Shown: positions 21,277-32,107, counted from the first letter of the whole stretch. The stretch: 56,642 nucleotides of DNA, filler included, from Stramenopiles sp. TOSAG23-3 (GCA_900128585.1; 6 parts of 6 records of this genome joined end to end with filler, not necessarily neighbours in it), one strand, 5' to 3'. The notes: generated by a model not told the origin, from the sequence alone. Program-made: numbers and translations.

Positions 21277-23481
21277 ATGAGCGACAGTGTAAAGTCGACC
21301 GGGAGTGAGACAAAGGATTCGGAGCACATACGGAGGCAGTCACGGCTTGAAGGGATTGGTGCAAAAGTTCGGACGGACTCCACTCGGGATGTCTGCGATG
21401 ATACCGTGGGGGCCTTCGTCATGTCGCTGTCGAGAAAGGTCCACGGCAGTTGGCAAAAGCCGTCGTTGGCATGGAAAAAGGCCATTCCCATGCTCATTTT
21501 TGCCGTGAAACATTACAACGGCGGCCAGTGTCCGCAGAACATACTAGAAAACATATGCCGAATATTCAACAACTTGGTGCGCGGTGACAGCGTCGCCTCG
21601 AACGAGTACAGGGACTTCCTTAGCGCAGCAGGCTGCATAGAAATACTGATGGACGTGCTTCGCGAATCGTCGAACAATGGCAAAATCCCTTCGAGAACCA
21701 GATACTGTGCCGCGCAGGCGCTGCAGTACATCTCGACGACGGACAAGTGGCGGAACAAGATATGCGATAACGGGGGCATCGCGACGCTGGTAAAGCTGAT
21801 GGGGCAGATCCCTCGGGGGCACACGGTCCGCGGCGAAATTGTTGGCATATTGATGAACCTGGCCTCGGAGAAGGGCAGCGCGGTCGCCATCATCAAGGCG
21901 GGGGGGCTGAAGGTGGCGGCGGACGTGCTCGCCTGCCGTGCGAAGGAACTAAACACGTGCATCGCCCATACGTGTGGCATGGTCGCAAACCTCGCACTGT
22001 TCCCGAAGCTGAAGATTCAGGCGTGCACGGAGACCATGGACATGCTGTTGAAACTCTGCAAGAACCAGGACGACATCCTGGTCCTGGTCAACTCGGTCGT
22101 CGCGATCAAGAACATCGTCCATGAACAGGGGAGCACTGCAAAGTTCTGCGCCCGGCGGGGCGGGGCACTCGCCCTTCGGCAGGCGCTGGACAAGATCAGC
22201 TCCCACGCGGACGCGTCCCTTCTATTCGACAACCCCTCGAGCTGGCTGCCGTACCTGATCGACCGCGTCCGAATGTCCCATGCCTCCGCCCGCCGTGCCA
22301 TCATTATCGCCAACGAGTACCAGGACGAAAAGCACCCGTGGAGGTCGCTCATGAGCTCGAAGGACAACGCTTGGGCTCTCCAAACGGCGTTGGAGAATGC
22401 AGGGTTCGACTGCACCATTCTCGTGAACGCCTCAAAGAAGCGAATGGAAATGCACGCTCGAAAGTTCATTGAGAAAATGACAAAGGGAGATACCGTCCTC
22501 GTGTACTACTTTGGCATGGGGTGCCAGATGGGAGGCAAATCCTACTTGCTCCCTGTCGACATTCCGGCGTACCACCGAAAGCAAGAGGCTATGGCCCACC
22601 TGTTCTCGCTGGACAACATGCTGGCGGGAATAGAGTGCAAGGCCGGGGTGGGTTGCGCCAAAATTATCCTCTTAGAAGTCTCAAAGTTCAAGTTTGGGAA
22701 CCTGACGGGCAGGCAAGGCTTGGGGGAAGAGGCGATAACGTCCATAAATGCGAACAAGTTCGGGAAGAATTGGTTTATCATAAGCTCCTCCGCCGATCCA
22801 TTGGCGGCGTCGGACCAAGACGTTCCCGGGCAGTACAGCGCGTTCACTCATTCGCTAATTTGCGGAATTAACTCGAGCTCCCTCGACCTGCTGGGCGTGG
22901 GAAAGTTCGTGAGCAAGAAGTACGCTGCGTGTGCCAAGCAGTTTGGAAAGTCACAAGCGCCCTTTGTTACCAGTAGCATGACCGGCGATTTTTTCTTTCA
23001 CAAACGCCTCGAGGACGCCTCGAACAAGATGAGAATGAGCGATGGGATCAAAGACGCAGACGAGGAGATCGAGCGGGCGTTTCGGCAGCAACGATACAGC
23101 GGGTTAAGGGTGCTGAGCATGAACGAGGGCGACGGGAGCATGGACCAAGTGTATATGTCACCGCCGAACATCGCGGGGATACCCAGGAGGGCGCGCCCAT
23201 CTCGTCGCCCACCCCCGCCGCCCGGCCCTGGCGGTGGAAACTACCTCTCCCCAAACGCACAGCGTCGGATCCCGAAGCCGAGGACTTTAGTACATGGGCC
23301 AAAAAACGGGCCGTTGTCGACCGATGGGCCGCAAACCAAACCGTTGCACTTGTCCGATGTCTACCGGGAGGAGAGAGTGGCCCATGGGGCATTAGAGTTT
23401 GTACAGTCCCACAACGTCCATGCTAATGGCCAAGCGGATACGAACGCGGCAAGCCACTGGCTGGGAACGTTGAGAAGGTGA
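21277..23481 (+). CDS. Armadillo-repeat protein fused to a degenerate caspase (peptidase C14) domain and a Pro-rich tail
   Basis: ARM repeats (LSAAGCIEILMDVL, ICDNGGIATLVKLM, IIKAGGLKV) precede a C14-like region: RRAIIIANEY…ALENAGF…DTVLVYYFGMGCQMGGKSYLLPVD…KIILLEVSK…YSAFTHSL…QAPFVTSSMTGDFFF. Confidence 0.8.
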   Translation: MSDSVKSTGSETKDSEHIRRQSRLEGIGAKVRTDSTRDVCDDTVGAFVMSLSRKVHGSWQKPSLAWKKAIPMLIFAVKHYNGGQCPQNILENICRIFNNLVRGDSVASNEYRDFLSAAGCIEILMDVLRESSNNGKIPSRTRYCAAQALQYISTTDKWRNKICDNGGIATLVKLMGQIPRGHTVRGEIVGILMNLASEKGSAVAIIKAGGLKVAADVLACRAKELNTCIAHTCGMVANLALFPKLKIQACTETMDMLLKLCKNQDDILVLVNSVVAIKNIVHEQGSTAKFCARRGGALALRQALDKISSHADASLLFDNPSSWLPYLIDRVRMSHASARRAIIIANEYQDEKHPWRSLMSSKDNAWALQTALENAGFDCTILVNASKKRMEMHARKFIEKMTKGDTVLVYYFGMGCQMGGKSYLLPVDIPAYHRKQEAMAHLFSLDNMLAGIECKAGVGCAKIILLEVSKFKFGNLTGRQGLGEEAITSINANKFGKNWFIISSSADPLAASDQDVPGQYSAFTHSLICGINSSSLDLLGVGKFVSKKYAACAKQFGKSQAPFVTSSMTGDFFFHKRLEDASNKMRMSDGIKDADEEIERAFRQQRYSGLRVLSMNEGDGSMDQVYMSPPNIAGIPRRARPSRRPPPPPGPGGGNYLSPNAQRRIPKPRTLVHGPKNGPLSTDGPQTKPLHLSDVYREERVAHGALEFVQSHNVHANGQADTNAASHWLGTLRR

Positions 23482-23685
23482 GGATTGAGGTGGGGCCTTA
23501 ATATTATGTGTCTACAATAAAAACAAGAAAATTGGTGTCTACAATAAAAATACATGTTTTTTCTATCATGCGATTATGTTTATTTGTGTACAAGGATTGA
23601 TTTACCTTTGAGTGAGATATCGGATGAGGCCGTTAACGGACAAAAGGATTAACTTGTTCATTGGAAAGTATACCCCCTCGGTGAT

Positions 23686-23756
23686 TGACAACCAATAACG
23701 AAACAAAATTACAGAACCAATTTAGGATTAGGGTATGAGGAAGCTAAATTTAATTA
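23686..23756 (+). repeat. Dispersed repeat, TTAGGATTAGGG module
   Basis: TGACAACCAATAACGAAACAAAATTACAGAACCAATTTAGGATTAGGGTATGAGGAAGCTAAATTTAATTA. Copies lie at 7908-7978 (-) and from 33736 (+). Confidence 0.85.
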
Positions 23757-24133
23757 ACAGAGTTAGATCTTCAGAAGGTACACTTACATCTGTATGTGTA
23801 TACGAACCCGAAACGATCAAACTCAATACCGATCATTACTGTGTACTTTTAAGACCAATCAATTGGAATCTTGACCAGAACTTGGGGAGGATTCGCAATA
23901 GGAGGAGACATTGTTCTTGAACTGACACCTTCTTTTTTTCTTTAATTTTAATTACTATAAAAGATAACAGCCAAATTTTTCTATCATATTGTTTATACTT
24001 ATATAACAGCCAATTTTCTTGTTTTTTTTATCATATGTTTATTTGTGTATGATATGATAGCATAATTAGACTTGAAAGATTTGTTTTAAAATCCTACAAC
24101 TTTAAAGAATTAAACTTAATTTACAACACTTAT

Positions 24134-26106
24134 TCATCCCATCGCGTTCATTGTGTCGTCTTTACCAAATGGTGTCATTTGGGGACTCTTGATCAGCGGT
24201 TCCCCTTCTGATTCTTTATTTACTTTCTCAGTACCATGCCCCCCATCCCATGTGTGCGCATCGGATTGTGTTGGGTATCGTGCATCCGATGCGTGGGTTG
24301 GAGGAGGCGCTTGGGGCAGAACATCCGGCGTGTTCAATACTCTGGAAGAAACGGGTGGGGCGGGGGACATTCCGATTTGAGGCGGTGTCGGTGGCGGGAC
24401 TGCCGGTGCAATTCCACTACGCGCCAAAAGCGGGGCCATCAAATTGGTGTGTTGCTCGCTCGGGGGGGGCCAATTTTGCAAATAATTTCCATTGTAAACC
24501 GGTGCGTCTTTTTTCGCGTTTAACTTTGCCGCGGCTTCTAAAAATGCCGAATTGCGGGGTACTGCTGGCGCTCCAGCTTCTATCTTTGCCGTCATTCCTG
24601 GGTCATCGATTTTCAAAATGCTCCGTGGGATCAGCTTCTGGCTTGGTGTATGCGCAAGTTTTTCCTTCACCTGTTCTTGCTGACGCGCGAAGGTTGCCCC
24701 AGGCTTCGTGTTGGCATTCATTTGCATTTTCATCGCTGCTTTAAACCCTGCTTGGTAACCCTGTTGCTCCCGCTTGGCCGCAGCATACCCAGCCTTGTAT
24801 GAATTCGCTTGCGTTGGGACCTGGGCCCGAGGCTGCTGTTGGAACCTCATTGGCTGTTGCTGCTGTTGGAACCCCATTGGCTGTTGCTGCTGTTGGAACC
24901 CCATTGGCTGTTGCTGCTGTTGGAACACCTCATTGGTTGGACCATTCTATTGTTATTGTTGTTCATCTGCAACAAGCTAGGGGCGTTCTGTTGAGCAGCC
25001 GCAAGCCCTGCCTGGTACCCGGACTGATAATCACTGTGTGGTGGTACCATGTTTCCATTTGGAACAGTGGATACCGGTTGGTTCACGAAACCTGGTGACG
25101 GTGCACTTGCGTACGTATCCGCTTGAGGAGTAGAACCTTGATTAAGAGGATTCCACAACGAATTTACCGGGTGCGCAAATTGTGGATTGTTCAACGCGGT
25201 AACAGCAGACATTGTTTGCGCCGTATTCATTGTCTGCAGACGATCGTCGTTTTGCATCGGTTCGGCAGCACGCGCTTGCTGTCGGGAAGCTTCTTTGGTT
25301 TCTACCAATATGGTTGCTTTCGCCGCAGCTTCTTGCTGTTGTTTTCTTTCCAACGCTTTCCTCCTCCTGTTCTCTTCAGCCTTTGCTATCTTTTGCGCCC
25401 TTTCCTCAACGAACGCTTCGTTCAGAATAGGTTTACTCGTTCGTTTAAAGATCCCACGTAAATTTTTTACCCATCGGCCATCGTTTTCCCGTGGGTTGTG
25501 CGCAGTCTTTCCCTTTTCCTCTACTAAGCTGGTGGCAATTTCCGGCTTGTTTTTCCTTTTTGCGGTCGTTTCGGCAGTGGCAGTCTTGCCGTTCCCTTCC
25601 TTTGAAAAAACTCTGTCAAAAAGCTTATCCGCTTGTTTTGGAGTGACGAAAGGTTTCGCAACAGTTGGTGCTGCTACTCTCTTTGGCTCTGCATGCTGCG
25701 GTGCCGACGGTTTTGCGACGTTTTGTTCCTTCGGTGGGGACGGTGCCGCTTCCGCTTTCTTTGTTGGTTCTGCTTGTACTACGGCCGGACGTTTCTCCTC
25801 AAATTTAGCCGGGTCCACGGTCGGCATTTTACTATTGTCCGTGATGCTAAACTCATCTACGGCTTGTTTTGGAACAGCTGCTCCCTTTTCTACGCTGCTC
25901 TTCTCCACCGGTTGCTTCGCTTCCGTCTTTTTCTGCTGATAAGCATACGGTTTCACGGCACCGAACATATGCGTCATGATTTCTGCACTTCGTCCAGACG
26001 GTGCATCGCCCTCGCTTGTTCCCTTGACTGTATAAATAAAACAAAAATACACAACGGCAAGGAACACCACGTTGGTGGCGAAGTGCCTTCTTCGACCCAG
26101 AACCAT
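24134..26106 (-). CDS. Secreted low-complexity (Q/P/A-rich) precursor protein; frameshift near 24928
   Basis: N-terminal signal peptide (VVFLAVVYFCFIYTVKG). ORFs 24847-26106 and 24134-24928 join at the first QPM[GR]FQQQQ repeat. Confidence 0.65.
24835..24940 (-). repeat. Coding tandem repeat (24-nt units encoding QPMGFQQQ)
   Basis: Repeated CCATTGGCTGTTGCTGCTGTTGGAACC on the + strand. Confidence 0.85.
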
Positions 26107-26821
26107 GCTTTTACGACAAAAAAGCCTGGTTCACTGTAAGTTAAGTTTGTTGTACACCGAGAAACAAAAAAACCACGGTGTGTCGGAACGAAGGACCTAA
26201 ACTTTTAGATAAAGGGGAAAGGACGCTGAGCTCAGGTGAGATCTGTTCCGTTCCGTTCCTTCTCTTGGCCAATTTCAATCCCTAAATAGAGAGAGACACA
26301 AACAATTGTTTTTATTTGGTTTCTTTCCTGTTTATCCCTTCACACTATGTTGGCTTTCTACTCTTAAACCAACAAACTCTACCACTTCAGTCTGCCAATC
26401 AATTCGTTCCTTCCTAATTTGATTCCATTCCATTCTAAACTTCGTTAATTTAATAATAAAAGCTAATCTTTCTCTGTAAAATCAAAAATGTATTATTTAA
26501 CTAACACTAATTGTATTACATATACACAATATATATTTTATTATTTGAACCCTATTCTAAAAACAACAATTAAATAGGGAATAGTATTTCTTATAGAAGT
26601 ATAAATAAGTCATAGTCGTTCTCTCAATCGATCGATCGATCGATCGATTTCCTTTTCTTTCTTTCTTTCTTTCTTTCTCCTCCATTTTTTAAATTTTAAT
26701 TAGTTTCAATTATCTCTTCCTTTCCTCATTTTTTAAAAGGATGTATATTCTATATAGAAATAGCATTAATTGTATACTTATCATTCTATTAAATAACGTA
26801 ATTATGATATTAAATATAGAG

Positions 26822-26953
26822 NNNNNNNNNNNNNNNNNNNNNNNNNNNNNNNNNNNNNNNNNNNNNNNNNNNNNNNNNNNNNNNNNNNNNNNNNNNNNNN
26901 NNNNNNNNNNNNNNNNNNNNNNNNNNNNNNNNNNNNNNNNNNNNNNNNNNNNN
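26822..26953. other. Scaffold gap with duplicated flanks
   Basis: TATACTTATCATTCTATTAAATAACGTAATTATGATATTAAATATAGAG occurs on both sides of the Ns. Confidence 0.9.
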
Positions 26954-27438
26954 TATACTTATCATTCTATTAAATAACGTAATTATGATATTAAATATAG
27001 AGAGAGCATTGAACGTTCTTCTTTTTGGTTTTGCTTCATCATCGTTCCAATCAATCATATTTTTAGTACATGTACTAGTGTGACATAATAGTACAATAGT
27101 GTGTCCAGCCCTATCAAGAGAGCAACCGAGGGCCAGAAGCCAGAAGAAGAAGAAAGAAGAAAGAAGAGAGAAACAAGAAGAAGATGAAAGCAATAAAAAT
27201 AATAATAATGTAATCAATGAATGATGATGAAACAATATAACGAACCCCCAACAAAAAAAAAACAGACCTTTGTGTGGATGGATATAGACTAATAACAAAA
27301 GAAAAGTATAACATTAAGTTGAGATTGATACGTTTGAATTTGAATATGAATACGAATCGTTTTCAAACGAACCACGAGTCCTGGCCCCGTTTCTTCATTT
27401 TATAGTTTTCGTATACCAAAGGTTGCGTGGGAAGAGGA

Positions 27439-28365
27439 ATGGGCGAGCGAAAAGTTACAAACAAGTATTTCCCCCCAGATTTTGACCCGTCCAAACTTGG
27501 GCGAAAGTCAGGGAAAAACAAAGACAAGAAGAAGCGGGACGATGTCCGGGCTATGCTCCCGTTTTCCTGCCAGTGCAACGCGTGCAATATGTTCCTTTAC
27601 CGGGGGAAAAAGTTCAATAGTAGAAAAGAGTTTACGGGGGAAACCTACCTTGGAATAAAGATTCTTCGGCTCTTTTTCAAGTGCCCGGGGTGCGGGCAGC
27701 AGATGACGTTTTTGACGGACCCAGAGAACGCGGACTACAAGATGGAGCGGGGCGGGCGCCGGCTGTTCGAGGCGAAGGGCCAAAGTTCCCACCAGATGGT
27801 TGACGATGGCACCGGGGGGGACGGCAGCGGCTCAAAAGACGACTCCGCGAAGAGCAAAGTGGACGCGTTGGCAGAGCTCGAGAAGCGGGCGCAAAAGTCA
27901 AAGGAGGACATGGAGGAACTGGATATGCTAGAAGAAATTAAGGCGCGAAATCTACGAAACAAGAGGATAGACGTAGCGTCGTTCCTGAAGGAAAAGTACG
28001 AGTCGCCAGCGGATGGCACGGAGGCTGCAAAGGCCCTGGCCGAGGAAGAGGCCCACGACAGCTTGGTAGCAAAGCAGGCGTTCCTCAGCGCAAAGCGGAA
28101 GATGGCGGACGCCGAGTCCGTTTCAAGGTTGGAGAAAGGCAGCCAGCAGTCTTTCGCGGCCTCGTTTTCCAGCAAAGGAGGCCCGTCGGTTTCCGCCGGC
28201 AGAAGCAGCCACAGTGCCCTTCGTGGCCTCGTAAAGAGGAGGAAAATTATTGTAAAAGATTCTGCGACTGAAAAGAGTCCCGTGCCCCCCAAAGTACTGA
28301 CCACTTCCACCGCTGCACCATTGGATTTTTTGTCGATGTACGGGGACGATTCTGATTCTGACTGA
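27439..28365 (+). CDS. YJU2: Splicing factor YJU2/CCDC94 (Cwc16)
   Basis: MGERKVTNKYFPPDFDPSK, CxxC zinc ligands, YRGKKFNSRKE..YLGIKI and TDPENADY. Confidence 0.93.
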   Translation: MGERKVTNKYFPPDFDPSKLGRKSGKNKDKKKRDDVRAMLPFSCQCNACNMFLYRGKKFNSRKEFTGETYLGIKILRLFFKCPGCGQQMTFLTDPENADYKMERGGRRLFEAKGQSSHQMVDDGTGGDGSGSKDDSAKSKVDALAELEKRAQKSKEDMEELDMLEEIKARNLRNKRIDVASFLKEKYESPADGTEAAKALAEEEAHDSLVAKQAFLSAKRKMADAESVSRLEKGSQQSFAASFSSKGGPSVSAGRSSHSALRGLVKRRKIIVKDSATEKSPVPPKVLTTSTAAPLDFLSMYGDDSDSD

Positions 28366-28717
28366 TTAGGCAGGCGCGCGAGGGGGGGGGCGGGTAATTT
28401 TGTTTTTAAACAAAATTAAAAGGATTTCATGCTTATCGCTTGTCTTTTGGACTTTGAAAGAAGAGGGAGAAGAGAGGACATTGATTTACTTCCCTAGCGC
28501 GCACGGGGGCAAAGAAGAGCGTTTTTGTTATACATTTTTTACTTTTGTAAAATATTTGCTCTTATTTAATTTAACAAGAAAATTGGCTGTTATTTTAATT
28601 ACTTAAGTTAAGTCTTTTAAAAACCGTGCTGCTATATGTATTTTAACATACACTATATATTTAGAAAATATAAATTTACTTTTTTAAAAATATCTTTTAT
28701 GAAGTACTTCGTACGAA

Positions 28718-29446
28718 TTACGCGACAATACCCAGGACCAAGGCGACTGCTGCAACACACAGAGCGGCAAGGTTTGTGCTAACCGGCCTACCAGCGGCTC
28801 CCGTGCATTCCTCGGACGGGCCGACAGCATTTACGTAAGGCTCGGCCGCGCACACTTCTTTTATATAATTGGCCGGGCCAAAGGCAGACGTTAAAGTTCG
28901 GCAGTTCAGCCGCTCGTTCTCACAAAAGCTGCTGCACAGACCTTTCGCTTCAACCTTGTTGTTGCTGGCACTTTTACAACGAGGAAAGGCTACGTAGCAC
29001 GCACCTCGAAGGACATTTTTGTCGCAGTCGGTGCCCTCCTCCCAAACCGTGGTCTCCCAGCAATTCAACGCATCCTTGCCCAGCTGCTTGACAAAATCGG
29101 ACTTGGTCGAGGAGCTGTTCCACCCGTTGACTTTCCGCGGACAAAATTTGTAATCTACAACGTCCTTACACAGTCCCAGCTCATCCTTGTACAAAACAGG
29201 GTCAAGGCAAGAGTCCGTCCCACACTCGATGCTGGTCTCCTTCCCGTACGTATCTAACCAATAGGGACCAATTTTGGTTGCATCATTCCGTTCACTGCAA
29301 AAGCAAGGACATTGCTGTTCTCCACTCTTCACCCCCTCTGGCGGAGGCTTATGGTTTTTTTTTGCACACGACACACCTACCAACATGGCGGCGAAAAGCG
29401 CACCGAAATACAAGGCAGCCAGACATTTCTTCGTAACCTTTCCCAT
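28718..29446 (-). CDS. Secreted, probably GPI-anchored Cys-rich protein with a Frizzled-CRD/folate-receptor-like fold
   Basis: Signal peptide, C-x(n)-CYVAFPRC…LCSSFCEN…C pattern, and a C-terminal small-residue omega site (TGAAG) followed by a hydrophobic tail. Confidence 0.65.
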   Translation of the reverse strand: MGKVTKKCLAALYFGALFAAMLVGVSCAKKNHKPPPEGVKSGEQQCPCFCSERNDATKIGPYWLDTYGKETSIECGTDSCLDPVLYKDELGLCKDVVDYKFCPRKVNGWNSSSTKSDFVKQLGKDALNCWETTVWEEGTDCDKNVLRGACYVAFPRCKSASNNKVEAKGLCSSFCENERLNCRTLTSAFGPANYIKEVCAAEPYVNAVGPSEECTGAAGRPVSTNLAALCVAAVALVLGIVA

Positions 29447-30136
29447 CTGGCCTCTTCCCGAGCAATATACGTCTGCCGTGGTGAGATAGGTTAGCCCAAT
29501 CAAAGTACAAAATCGAAACGCAAAGGACAGGAACCCGATTACCGCTACAATAATTCTAACGAAAACAATTGGATTCTGTCTTCGAATTACTTAAAAAAAG
29601 CAATATATTCATTTCTTCTAATATAAAAGTATGTATATATGCTTTCATTATTAGTCTAATAAATTTTATGAATTTATCGTTATTAAAAGAAATTGTTCTT
29701 CTTCCATCTTTTCTTCTCCCTCTCCATTCTCCATCCTACTCTTTCCTCTCTCCCTCTGTTCCTTTTTGTTGTTGATGAATTAAAATATTTTTCTCAACAA
29801 CTTCTTCTTTCAACGGAACGAAGAAAATAAAAAAATAAAAATTATTAATTTGGAAGAAGAATGAAGATAGACGAATTGAATATCATAGGAAGTGTCTCCT
29901 TTTTCCTCCACCCACACCACACACCCACACACCCACACCACTGTAAAATATATACTAATAATAACCACTGTGTGGTAAACTAACACTATATTCACACTAT
30001 ATAATAAAATAATAAATAATCATCCGGTTGTATTACTGTATATAGTATTATATCTATTTTCCTTCTGAAAGAGATATAAAAGACTTTAAATAATTTAATT
30101 TACAATGCGTTCTTTCGTCTGTGCTCTGGTCAGGAA

Positions 30137-31450
30137 CTACCAACTCCCCAACACCATTCCCACAACCATCGCAACAACGAACGTAGGGCCAACCCCTAAT
30201 TTCATGCCAGCATCCAATTCATCTTCTTGGCTGTATAGAGTAGGGCACACTAAAGCAACTGGGCAAGGTTTTCTCCTGGTCGGTGCTCCGGTTGTTGATG
30301 TTTGTAGTTGGCTGGATTGCGTGGTGGATGGAACCATGGGGCAATTTACTGAAGTCGTTGTGGAGCAAACTGAGCAATTTGCTGATGTGGCTGTGGGGCA
30401 AACTGGGCACGTTGGGCATGTAGGGCAACTTGCTGGTGTCATTGTGGGGCAATTTACTGGTGCTTGTGAGGGTGTTGTTGTTGGCACGGTCAAATTCAGG
30501 GTCCAGGCATTGTTGTAATTATTGCTACCACCATACCCTCCAAACATAACCATCTGCCCATTGTAAAGAATGGACGAGTGAACATAACGCGCGCTTGGTT
30601 TCGTGCCAGTCGTTGTCAGTTGCGTCCACGCATACGAGGTCATATCCAGGGTCCAGGCGTCGTTTTTATAACCACCATCCCATCCCCCAAACATTACCAT
30701 CTGCCCATTGTAAAGAATGGATGAGTGAGCATGACGCGCGCTGGGTTTCGTGCCAGTCGTTGCCAATTCAGTCCAGGCATACGAGGTCAAATCCAGGGTC
30801 CAGGCGTCGTTTTTATTACCTTTATTGTATCCCCCAAACATAAACATCTGTCCATTGTAAAGAATAGACGAGTGAGCATAACGGACACCAGGTTTAGTGC
30901 CAGCCGTTGATAATTGTGCCCAATTATATGAGGTCAAATTTAATGCCCAGACGTCGTTTTTATTTCCATTATAATCTCTCCCCCCAAAAATTACCATCTC
31001 GTCATTGTAAAGAATGGACGAGTGAGCATCACGGGTACCAGGCTTTGTGCCAGTCGTTGTCAGTTGCCTCCAGGCATACGAGTTCAAATCCAGGGTCCAG
31101 GCGTCGTTAAAAAAATTACTACCCTCCGCACCTCCAAACATAACCATAAGCCCATTGTAAAGAATGGATGTGTGAGCACGACGCACGCTGGGTTGGGTTC
31201 CAGTTGTTGTCATTTTTTCCCAACTATACGTGGTCAAATCTAGGGCCCAGAGGTCATTGAATATGTTACTACCATCATATCCCCCGAAAACCACCATCTT
31301 TGAGTTGTAAACGATGGACGAGTGACCACGACGCGCACTGGGTTTCGTGCCAGTCGTTGCCAACTGCTCCCATGGATATACCCATTGCCATCCCCCCAAC
31401 GTCCCACAAATCATCACCGCCAAGCACAGCAATACAGTTAGCCATTTCAT
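30137..31450 (-). CDS. Cell-surface Kelch beta-propeller protein (6 blades) with a Cys/Thr stalk and C-terminal membrane anchor
   Basis: Signal peptide MKWLTVLLCLAVMICG, six 49-50 aa repeats (W..L.TTGTKP..R..HSSILYN..M.MFGG…NDAWTLDL), a CPTCPTCPVCP stalk and a hydrophobic C-terminus. Confidence 0.9.
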   Translation of the reverse strand: MKWLTVLLCLAVMICGTLGGWQWVYPWEQLATTGTKPSARRGHSSIVYNSKMVVFGGYDGSNIFNDLWALDLTTYSWEKMTTTGTQPSVRRAHTSILYNGLMVMFGGAEGSNFFNDAWTLDLNSYAWRQLTTTGTKPGTRDAHSSILYNDEMVIFGGRDYNGNKNDVWALNLTSYNWAQLSTAGTKPGVRYAHSSILYNGQMFMFGGYNKGNKNDAWTLDLTSYAWTELATTGTKPSARHAHSSILYNGQMVMFGGWDGGYKNDAWTLDMTSYAWTQLTTTGTKPSARYVHSSILYNGQMVMFGGYGGSNNYNNAWTLNLTVPTTTPSQAPVNCPTMTPASCPTCPTCPVCPTATSANCSVCSTTTSVNCPMVPSTTQSSQLQTSTTGAPTRRKPCPVALVCPTLYSQEDELDAGMKLGVGPTFVVAMVVGMVLGSW

Positions 31451-31984
31451 CTTGTAAAATTGTTTTGTATTATCAACTGAGTGTAGTTGTGTACTTACTT
31501 ACAATGATCATTTAATTATCGTTAAACCATAATTCCTGGCAAACCGATTTTGTAGCTTTCATGATGTAGTCGTTCATCGTCGATACTAGTATTTAGTTCC
31601 CTGAACTTACTTTGTCCGGCCAAAGATAATCTTTGTCTTGCCAAAGTAAAGCACACCTGTCCTCCAATCATTCAACACTGCTGTAGTGTTAGAAATTATG
31701 GCACTGTTTTGTAGTATTAAATTAAATTATTACTTGTGTGGTGTGGTACACGTACGGTAGGTATAAATATAAATACCTAGTACAGCAGGTACATGTATAA
31801 ACGTAATACCGGTATTAATAATAATACCGCCGTACGCCGTACCTGTAATAAATGTATGATAATATTAGACTATACAACAACAACAACAACAACACAGGGA
31901 TGAACGATGATGGATTTTTTTTATTAATCATATAATAATTGTTGTGTTTCTTCTACCTGGTATATATAGAATTTAAATAAAATA

Positions 31985-32022
31985 GCCTGGCAAGCTTGGC
32001 AAGCCTGGCACGCTTGGCAAGC
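31985..32022. repeat. 9-bp tandem repeat GC(C/T)TGGCA(A/C) x4 upstream of the U-box gene
   Basis: GCCTGGCAA GCTTGGCAA GCCTGGCAC GCTTGGCAA. Confidence 0.8.
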
Positions 32023-32107
32023 TGGAAATCTAAATTTCAGCTGGGAAAACTGCCACGATCGTTGTTGAAATATCATACATTGTACGATAAATAACCAATC
32101 ATATATC

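Noticed and set aside
23618-23660. Hammerhead-ribozyme-like string CGGATGAGGCCGTTAACGGACAAAA
   Set aside because: Both core motifs deviate (CUGAUGA and GAAA are not intact), stem II has a mismatch, and I could not find stems I and III.
26773-27002. ~49-nt direct repeat flanking an N gap
   Set aside because: Typical unmerged contig overlap rather than an LTR or TSD.
30490-31375. Kelch repeats as a CRISPR array or DGR template/variable repeats
   Set aside because: The repeats are in-frame coding units, the differences are not adenine-specific, and there is no reverse transcriptase or cas gene in the window.
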